64,000 nucleotides of DNA. Origin: Alphaproteobacteria bacterium (GTDB lineage Bacteria > Pseudomonadota > Alphaproteobacteria > UBA2966). This document shows, in pieces, positions 57,285 through 64,000 of the stretch (position 1 is its first letter; each line of letters opens with the position of its first letter). The notes below the pieces were generated by a model. The model saw only the letters and a program-made list of their open reading frames with translations, was not told where the DNA came from and made no database searches. Both the position numbers and the translations under genes were made by a program. The stretch is taken from the NCBI GenBank assembly GCA_018654745.1, contig JABILA010000006.1, positions 18,598 to 82,597 on the forward strand, given 5' to 3'.

Positions 57285-57501
57285 AGGTGCTCCTGAAAAT
57301 CCCGAAGATAATGTTCAAACGTGCTCAATACATAATCGATCGCTGGATGCGACAGCATGAATTGAGATGACCATAATCATATCCGTGTTCGACGGAAAAA
57401 CGAAGCCACGCTTTTTTCAGGGAAACAGAATTACGTTCTGGAAGCAGGGCTTGGCTATCTCTACTATGACAATTAATCGCCAAACCCTGCTGATCAGAGC
57501 C

Positions 57502-58590
57502 TTAGTCCAGAGTGATGTTATATTTGTCCAGCATCTCCAGAATTTCAGGGTCATCGTAATAGACCCTCAGTTTTCCTTTTTCGACACAAATTTCATCGTC
57601 GATATAGATCGTTGGCCGTTGAATCCACTGGTCAAGGTGGATGCCCGGATTGACCGTTCGGTTCCTGTCGACGCTCATGCCCACTGCTGTGTGCAAGGCT
57701 CCTGCGTGACGATGCGCTTCCATATGCGTGCCGTCTTCCAGGAAGATGCGGGTCTTGGGGTTCAGCCCGATCATGAATTCACCAATGTGAAGCGCGTCCG
57801 GACCGAACTTGTCTGGCAACTTGCGGAAGAAATCTACAACTTCGTCATCACCTTCCATATCAACAACACGACCGCCTTTGATCACGAACTTCAGCGGCGT
57901 CTTCAAACGGCCTTTGAAAGTGTGGGCAGCGTCATAATACATGACACCTTCGGCGGTCCATTCAGGCCAGACACCAACGACGCCAAAGCCGCCGGCGAAA
58001 TTGCCAAACTTGTTCATCCATGAATCCGCACCCTGCGCGAATGATCCAAGCGGTGCTGCTGTACCATGCCAGCCAACAACATTTTCATCAGGATTATTTA
58101 TTTCGCCGGTGACATTTGTGCCCTTGTCACAAGTGATTGTGATGCGTTTGCCGCCGCACCATTGGGCCGCAACTTTCTGCGTCACCTTGAAGATAATTTC
58201 TGCCGGGAACCGGGCACCTTCGGACTCAAGGGCATCCGTCGTGGTAGAGGCATACATGCCCAAATACCGGGCACCGGCCGCATTGGCAGCAAACCGCGAA
58301 TCCGTATGGCTGATGGTATAATTAAGCGGCGCAAAAATGACATCGGCCTTCAGCATCGCAGCCGCAACGGACGCCGGTGGCTCCTGGTTCGGCAGGGTCT
58401 GCATAGGAATGATAACCGTCGTTACATTTGCACCGACCTGAGCACAAACTGTTGCAACAGCCTCAGCATTCGTAAAGTCGCAGGAAGTATCCGTGATAAT
58501 CAGAACTTCTTCGCCTCGTTTCACGTCGACCCAGTTGATACAGGCATTGTGGGCACCTTCGATTATCCGGGTTAATTTCAGGGGGTTCAT
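57502..58590 (-). CDS. aminopeptidase T (M29)-like / NicX (2,5-dihydroxypyridine dioxygenase)-like family protein
   Basis: Start at Met 58590 (AAGGAG RBS), giving 362 aa. Family-like N-terminus and His-rich C-terminal region (EAHRHAGALHTAVG). Family assignment is tentative. Confidence 0.5.
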   Translation of the reverse strand: MNPLKLTRIIEGAHNACINWVDVKRGEEVLIITDTSCDFTNAEAVATVCAQVGANVTTVIIPMQTLPNQEPPASVAAAMLKADVIFAPLNYTISHTDSRFAANAAGARYLGMYASTTTDALESEGARFPAEIIFKVTQKVAAQWCGGKRITITCDKGTNVTGEINNPDENVVGWHGTAAPLGSFAQGADSWMNKFGNFAGGFGVVGVWPEWTAEGVMYYDAAHTFKGRLKTPLKFVIKGGRVVDMEGDDEVVDFFRKLPDKFGPDALHIGEFMIGLNPKTRIFLEDGTHMEAHRHAGALHTAVGMSVDRNRTVNPGIHLDQWIQRPTIYIDDEICVEKGKLRVYYDDPEILEMLDKYNITLD

Positions 58591-58960
58591 TAATAGCTCC
58601 TTGTCTGGATTTAGGGGCGAAGAGGACTTTAATCTTGCCAAAATGGCAAAAGAGCCTCTTAATGGTAGGACCTTTTAAAGATTAGCCCATTAAAGCCAGG
58701 TCGAATTGGAGAGTCAAACGAAAAACTGCTGCCTTCAGAATGTTCAATGCTTTTGAAGTGATGCCACAGGTCAGTTTCAATGGATTTGACCCAGGCACTT
58801 TACCTTTTACCTGTTCGTATCTATTCCAGATACAAATTGGCTGATGCATAATCGATTTCATCTGAATTGAACGACGCAGTTAATATGTTACTTCTCAAGG
58901 GCTTGCCGCCAATCCGTGTTTCTGCATCAGCCTGAAGCACAAAAACAAGAGACACTGAAA

Positions 58961-59692
58961 ATGTTTGAACCTCTGGAACGTCGCAAAAAAGCCTACGAAG
59001 AAGTGGCTGACAAAATTCGCGACCGAATACTGCAAAAAGAGGTTAAATTGAATGATCGGCTGCCATCCGAACGGGAAATGGCTGAACAGTTTGTAGTCAG
59101 CCGTGTGGTTGTTCGCGAAGCCATACGATCACTGGAACTGACCGGGTTTGTCATCGTCAAAAAGGGCGTCAAAGGCGGGGCTTTTGTCGCTCAGGAATAT
59201 GACCGACCCCTGATCAGTTCCATACGACATATGGTCAGCGCAGGCGAAGTACAACTGGACGACCTGTTTGCTGTACGCCTTCTGGTCGAACCCTTTGCAG
59301 CAGAGCATGTCGCCAGAAATGGATCGGATGAAGATGTTTCGAAACTCGGGGAAATACTTGAACTGGCCGAGGATGCCTCAAACAAGGGAGAGCTGGTACG
59401 GCCCTTGAATTTTCGTTTTCACCGACAGATCGTTCAGCTATCCGGAAACGCCATTCTCAGTGCGGTTGGTGAAACAACGCTGACGTTGCTAACCGACTTC
59501 CTTCAGGATCTTCCATCCTCGGAAGTCTCGCCACAGCACCTTTCTTTTCACAGTGATATACTGGCAGCGATCCGGGAAAAGGATGAAAAAACCAGCGGCG
59601 AGCTGATCCGCGCTGACATAGATATGCTCTGGCAAAGTGTGCGGTCCCTGATCAAATCTGACCAGTTACTTGCAACGGCCTCGCGGAGGTAA
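58961..59692 (+). CDS. GntR-family (FadR/FCD subfamily) transcriptional regulator
   Basis: N-terminal wHTH (DRLPSEREMAEQFVVSRVVVREAIRSLE) plus an all-helical FCD domain. Divergent from the NicX-like operon. Alternative upstream start at 58916. Confidence 0.75.
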   Translation: MFEPLERRKKAYEEVADKIRDRILQKEVKLNDRLPSEREMAEQFVVSRVVVREAIRSLELTGFVIVKKGVKGGAFVAQEYDRPLISSIRHMVSAGEVQLDDLFAVRLLVEPFAAEHVARNGSDEDVSKLGEILELAEDASNKGELVRPLNFRFHRQIVQLSGNAILSAVGETTLTLLTDFLQDLPSSEVSPQHLSFHSDILAAIREKDEKTSGELIRADIDMLWQSVRSLIKSDQLLATASRR

Positions 59693-59760
59693 AACTCATG
59701 CTGGCGCACTTTGTTGCCGCCAAATACCAGGTCCGTGCAGAGCGCCGTTTTCCCGATCAA

Positions 59761-60189
59761 TCAATCACGAACAACCAGAACCGAGCAATTTGCATGGCGG
59801 ACAACCCGCGCCGCATTGGGACCCAGCAAATAGTCTTCCATGCTTGGGCGATGAGATCCCATAACGACAAGGTCAACGGACACTTCTTCGGCAACCCGGA
59901 GAATTTCTTCATAGGGTGTCCCGGTTCCAACGATGTGCTGGACCGGTATGCTGTCGGGAATATTGTCGGATGTCCAGGCATGCAGCTTTTCGATGGCCAG
60001 GTCCTGGGCTTGCTTCTTGTGATCTTTCGGAAAGAAACTTCCAACAATGCTCATGCCAAAATCTGGAACCACGACCATGGCGTGGATAGTGGAGCCAAAT
60101 GCCTGGGCATATTCGACAGCGGTGGGCAAGGATTTTTGCCAGGTGCTGTCATGTTCCAGATCAACGGCCAGAAGGATGTGTTTATACAT
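59761..60189 (-). CDS. universal stress protein (UspA family)
   Basis: 142 aa. MYKHILLAVDL... and C-terminal GSHRPS...LGPNAARVVRHANCSVLVVR. Confidence 0.8.
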   Translation of the reverse strand: MYKHILLAVDLEHDSTWQKSLPTAVEYAQAFGSTIHAMVVVPDFGMSIVGSFFPKDHKKQAQDLAIEKLHAWTSDNIPDSIPVQHIVGTGTPYEEILRVAEEVSVDLVVMGSHRPSMEDYLLGPNAARVVRHANCSVLVVRD

Positions 60190-60204
60190 GTGTCTGATCT
60201 CCGT

Positions 60205-63033
60205 TCAGGTTGCCGGTGCCGTTGCGGTATCGACCGGGATGACCCTGCGTCGGCGCTGCATGACAATGATAAAGCCCAGCAACAACAAGGCTGGAATGAA
60301 GATGAGTTGCTTGGGTGGCTGTACCGCTGGGGCCATGACTGTCAGGATTTTCTGCTCAAAGTCCAGTCCGGCTTTTTGGGCCGGGCTGTCGAAAGCAGCA
60401 TTGTCGATGACAACGGCACCGTCTTCAACCAGCAATTCCAGACCATAAGCCTCGAGACGTTCCTGGCCGGTTGCTTCTTGCCCAACGGTCATCAGGGCCG
60501 TGAAGACAATAGGATCACCCACATCATTTTCGCCCTGAACAATCAGGCGAATTTCTGATCCCGGCGTCGCTTTGCCCACGACTTCAGAAATAGCCGCCGG
60601 TTTTTCTTCCGTGAATGGCGCCACGATCATATCCATCCAGAAACCGGGTCTGAATAAACTGAAGGCGACCAACACCAGGGCAACAGATTCCCATAATTTT
60701 GATCGAGCCAGAAAATACCCCTGGGTCCCGGCCGTGAACAAGAGTATCGCGGCCGTCGCGACAATGAAGACAATAACGCCTTGAACGATCGTCACATCAA
60801 TCAACAAAAGTTCCGTGTTGAAGATGAACAAAAACGGCAACAAGGCCGTGCGCAAGCTGTAGACAAAGGCCACGACGCCGGTCCTGATCGGATCGCCACC
60901 GGAGACAGCTGCTGCCGCGAAGGAGGCAAGACCCACCGGCGGCGTCACATCAGCCATGATGCCGAAATAGAAGACGAACAAGTGCACAGCGATCAGAGGA
61001 ACGATCAATCCGTTTTGCTGCCCCAGGCTGACAATCACAGGTGCCAACAAGGACGACACAACGATATAGTTTGCTGTTGTTGGCAGTCCCATGCCGAGGA
61101 TCAAACTGAGGATGGCCGTAAATATCAGGATCAGCAATATCTGGCCCTGAGCCAGAAATTCAACCAGTTCAGCCAGCACAAGTCCGACACCGGTTTGCGA
61201 AACGGTGCCAACGATGACACCGGCAGCAGCTGTCGCAATACCAATGCCGATCATATTGCGGGCACCTGCAATCAAGCCATCAATCAGTTCGGAAAATCCT
61301 TGTTTGATCCGGCCATCCAGCGCTTCCTTGCGGAACATGGCAAATATTGTGCGCTGGGTCAGCAAGATGAAAATCATCAAGGCCACCGCCCAGAAAGCTG
61401 ACAGCTCCGGCGACAGACGCTCAACCATAAGACACCAGATCAGCACTCCAACAGGTAGCAAGAAATGCAATCCAGCCATAACGGTCGGGCCGGGTTCCGG
61501 CAAGGCCACAATCGGCGCATTGGGATCGTCAACGACCAGGTCCGGATAGGCGGCGCACTTTGAAATCAGCGCCACATAAACCGCCAGTATTACCGCACCC
61601 GCAATCCACGGTGTTAATTGGGCACCGGCCAATTCGCGGACAGTATTGATTACATAAAATGTTCCAAAGGCACCGATCACGATATTGCAAAGAATGATGC
61701 CGCCCGTGGAGATCATCTTCTCGCGCGTACCTGCCTCCGCCTTGGAGGCAATCGTTTTCAGCACACCGAATTGCAGCAAGACCAGGGCTGCAATAACAAA
61801 GACCCGGTTAAGATTGCTTTCCAGCAGATTGAAAGCCTCGGATAAATAGTAAAGCCCACCGCCCATGGCGATGATCCCCGCAAGGGTAATGCCCAGGGAC
61901 ATCAAGGCCAGTTTTGCCGGTTTGGGCTCCGTCGCCCGTGGCAGGCCCTGCATGTTCATCTTCATGGCTTCAAGGTGTACAATATAGACCAGAGCGATGT
62001 AGGAAATGATCGCCGGGACAAAGGCATGTTTGACGACTTCGAAGTAACTGATGTCGACATATTCAACCATCAAAAATGCAGCAGCGCCCATCACTGGTGG
62101 CATAATCTGTCCGTTGACGGAGGAGGCAACTTCCACTGCACCACTTTTTTCAGCTGAGAACCCAACCCGCTTCATCATCGGAATTGTAAATGTTCCGGTG
62201 GTCACAACATTTGCAATGGATGATCCGGAAATCAGACCTGTCATTCCAGAGGCAACCACCGCTGCCTTGGCCGGACCACCGCGCATGTGGCCCATAAGTG
62301 AAAATGCGACCTTGATGAAATAGTTGCCAGCACCGGCTTTGTCGAGCAAGGCACCAAAGAGCACAAACAGGAAGACGAGCCCGGTTGAAACACCGAGTGC
62401 AATTCCGAATACACCTTCAGATGACAACCACTGATGGTCTGCGACAGCACCAAAACTGGCACCTTTCCAGGCAAGAATGCCTGGCGCGTAAGGGCCAAGA
62501 AATGTATAGCCGAGGAAGAATATTGCGACCACCATCAAGGGTGGACCCAGGGCCCTACGTGTCGCCTCCATCAGCACCACAATGCCTGCACAGGCGACAA
62601 AAATATCAAGCGTATTTGGATTTCCGGGCCTGTCCGAGAGGCGCGTGCCCAACAGATTGTCGATGAAGACGCTGTCGAAGACGAACAGATACATCGTCAC
62701 GCAAATACCGGCGATTGCCAGTAGCCAGTCCACCAGCGGAATTCGATTGCGCGGTGAGTTCTTGAAAGCCGGATAGGCCAGGAAAGCCAAAAGAAATGAG
62801 AACGCCAGGTGAACCGGGCGGGCTTCCTTGCCGGAAAACACGCCAAAATGAAACATGAAGGGCAGCGGTGAGGCGATCCAGATTTGCCACAGAGACCAGA
62901 TCAATGCGGTTGCCGCGAGAAACTTTACAATATTCGGATTGTCAGGTACCCGCCCACCAGTATCGGTCGAGGCAACCAGATCCTCCAGTTCTTCCGAACT
63001 GAGCGGTCCGCTTGATTGTTCCGTATTACTCAT
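60205..63033 (-). CDS. TAXI-type TRAP transporter fused permease (DctQ/DctM fusion)
   Basis: 942-aa polytopic membrane protein with the characteristic TRAP fused-permease N-terminus. Immediately downstream of a TAXI solute receptor gene. Confidence 0.8.
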   Translation of the reverse strand: MSNTEQSSGPLSSEELEDLVASTDTGGRVPDNPNIVKFLAATALIWSLWQIWIASPLPFMFHFGVFSGKEARPVHLAFSFLLAFLAYPAFKNSPRNRIPLVDWLLAIAGICVTMYLFVFDSVFIDNLLGTRLSDRPGNPNTLDIFVACAGIVVLMEATRRALGPPLMVVAIFFLGYTFLGPYAPGILAWKGASFGAVADHQWLSSEGVFGIALGVSTGLVFLFVLFGALLDKAGAGNYFIKVAFSLMGHMRGGPAKAAVVASGMTGLISGSSIANVVTTGTFTIPMMKRVGFSAEKSGAVEVASSVNGQIMPPVMGAAAFLMVEYVDISYFEVVKHAFVPAIISYIALVYIVHLEAMKMNMQGLPRATEPKPAKLALMSLGITLAGIIAMGGGLYYLSEAFNLLESNLNRVFVIAALVLLQFGVLKTIASKAEAGTREKMISTGGIILCNIVIGAFGTFYVINTVRELAGAQLTPWIAGAVILAVYVALISKCAAYPDLVVDDPNAPIVALPEPGPTVMAGLHFLLPVGVLIWCLMVERLSPELSAFWAVALMIFILLTQRTIFAMFRKEALDGRIKQGFSELIDGLIAGARNMIGIGIATAAAGVIVGTVSQTGVGLVLAELVEFLAQGQILLILIFTAILSLILGMGLPTTANYIVVSSLLAPVIVSLGQQNGLIVPLIAVHLFVFYFGIMADVTPPVGLASFAAAAVSGGDPIRTGVVAFVYSLRTALLPFLFIFNTELLLIDVTIVQGVIVFIVATAAILLFTAGTQGYFLARSKLWESVALVLVAFSLFRPGFWMDMIVAPFTEEKPAAISEVVGKATPGSEIRLIVQGENDVGDPIVFTALMTVGQEATGQERLEAYGLELLVEDGAVVIDNAAFDSPAQKAGLDFEQKILTVMAPAVQPPKQLIFIPALLLLGFIIVMQRRRRVIPVDTATAPAT

Positions 63034-63116
63034 GAGCCTTATTCCCCCGGTCTCAAATTATCGTTTATGTCATCAAGAAAAACGGGGTGGCATTAACGCC
63101 ACCCCGTATAAAGAAC

Positions 63117-64000
63117 CTACATCCAGCCCTTTTCCTTATAGTAACGCAACGCACCTTCATGAAGAGGTGCAGACAAGTTGTTTACAATCATCTTCTTTGG
63201 ATCAAGGTGAGCAAATGCCGGATGCATCTTGCGGAAACGTTTGATGTTTTCGAACACGGCCTTAACGATCTGATAAACCGTATCAGCGTCAGTGGCTGTT
63301 GAAGATACAAACGTGGCACCAACACCAAAGGTGGTGACATCTTTGTCTGTTCCCTTGTACATACCACCCGGAATTGTCGCCATGGCATAGTAGCCATTAT
63401 CAGCGGCAAGTTTCTGGATGACCGCGTTGTCGACATTGACGATCACTGCGTCACAGGATGTTGTGGCTTCCTTGATGGAACCGTTCGGGTGGCCCACTGT
63501 GAAAACCATCGCATCGATCTTGTTGTCACACAAGGCAGCTGACTGCTCGGATGATTTCAGTTCTGACGCGAGGGCAAAGTCGGACATTTTCCAGCCCATC
63601 TTTTCCATCACAACTTCCATGGTGCCACGCTGGCCAGAACCCGGGTTACCGATGTTGACGCGTTTACCTTTCAGGTCATCAAAGTTCTTGATTCCGCTAC
63701 CGGCGCGGGCAACAACTGTGAAGGGTTCAGGGTGGACCGAAAATACAGCCCGCAAGCCTTTGAAGGCACCGTCCGGAAACTGCTTGGGTGCCGTACCATT
63801 GTAACCGTGATACTGCCAATCAGACTGGGCGACACCCATATCAAGGTTTTTAGCCCGGATGCCATTGATGTTCTTGGTGGAGCCACCGGTCGTGTGGGTA
63901 CATTTGATGTCGTGCTTCTTGGTGCCCCGGTTTACAAGTTTGCAGATCGCGCCGCCCACTTGATAATAAACACCTGTCTGACCACCGGTACCAATCGTAA
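63117..64000 (-). CDS. TAXI-family TRAP transporter solute-binding protein (5' end beyond the window)
   Basis: The minus-strand reading frame continues open to the window edge (…TIGTGGQTGVYYQVGGAICK…), a typical TAXI N-terminal block. The ORF-track Met at 63959 is internal. Confidence 0.75.
   Translation of the reverse strand, partial: TIGTGGQTGVYYQVGGAICKLVNRGTKKHDIKCTHTTGGSTKNINGIRAKNLDMGVAQSDWQYHGYNGTAPKQFPDGAFKGLRAVFSVHPEPFTVVARAGSGIKNFDDLKGKRVNIGNPGSGQRGTMEVVMEKMGWKMSDFALASELKSSEQSAALCDNKIDAMVFTVGHPNGSIKEATTSCDAVIVNVDNAVIQKLAADNGYYAMATIPGGMYKGTDKDVTTFGVGATFVSSTATDADTVYQIVKAVFENIKRFRKMHPAFAHLDPKKMIVNNLSAPLHEGALRYYKEKGWM

Overview
This window reads as a chromosomal segment of an alphaproteobacterium-like genome with moderately high GC, dense in metabolic and transport genes. 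I found no rRNA, tRNA, CRISPR array, transposase or integrase. From start to end it contains the following.

1. A racemase-superfamily gene and an SDR, then a lower-GC island (about 2.1-7.9 kb). The island holds an orphan 359-aa hypothetical, an OmpR-type response regulator and a 1044-aa cytoplasmic multi-PAS hybrid histidine kinase.
2. An AurF-like diiron protein next to an OsmC-like protein, then an NDH-2-type flavoprotein divergent from a LysR regulator. The shared promoter region carries tripled ATGCAATT motifs.
3. A carbohydrate or polyol utilisation operon at about 13.3-23.2 kb. It encodes a sugar ABC transporter, a SorC regulator, an aldo-keto reductase, a GlpD-like FAD dehydrogenase, a class I aldolase and an FGGY kinase. 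A HAPMO-type Baeyer-Villiger monooxygenase sits convergent to it.
4. A tightly packed seven-gene minus-strand operon at about 26.2-34.3 kb. It embeds a Tm-1-like pair (a UPF0261 protein plus a PEP-hydrolase-like TIM barrel) among two class-II-aldolase-like proteins (one fused to an SDR), an FGGY kinase, a HAD phosphatase and an alpha/beta hydrolase. An AraC-PAS regulator and a divergent type-2 IPP isomerase flank it.
5. A large cobalamin late-pathway and salvage region at about 36.5-57.3 kb under three cobalamin riboswitches. One riboswitch precedes cobU-cobT-cobS and a Cys-rich unknown gene. A divergent pair of riboswitches controls a translationally coupled minus-strand operon (btuB-cobB-btuF-btuC-btuD-cobQ-cobD-cobC-cobO) and a plus-strand operon. 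The plus-strand operon encodes a signal-peptide-bearing 1453-aa CobN-like chelatase, a MotA/ExbB-like protein and a small DUF2149-like protein. That combination resembles the HmuS/T/U class of periplasmic (de)chelatase systems and is the most striking candidate for an under-characterised corrinoid or metalloporphyrin salvage system.
6. A NicX/aminopeptidase-like protein, a PEAMT-like methyltransferase and a histidine phosphatase (possibly alpha-ribazole phosphatase) in one operon, with a divergent GntR regulator.
7. A universal stress protein, a fused TAXI-TRAP permease and a TAXI solute receptor that runs off the window end.

All functional calls rest on my reading of the protein motifs and gene context. 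No database searches were run.
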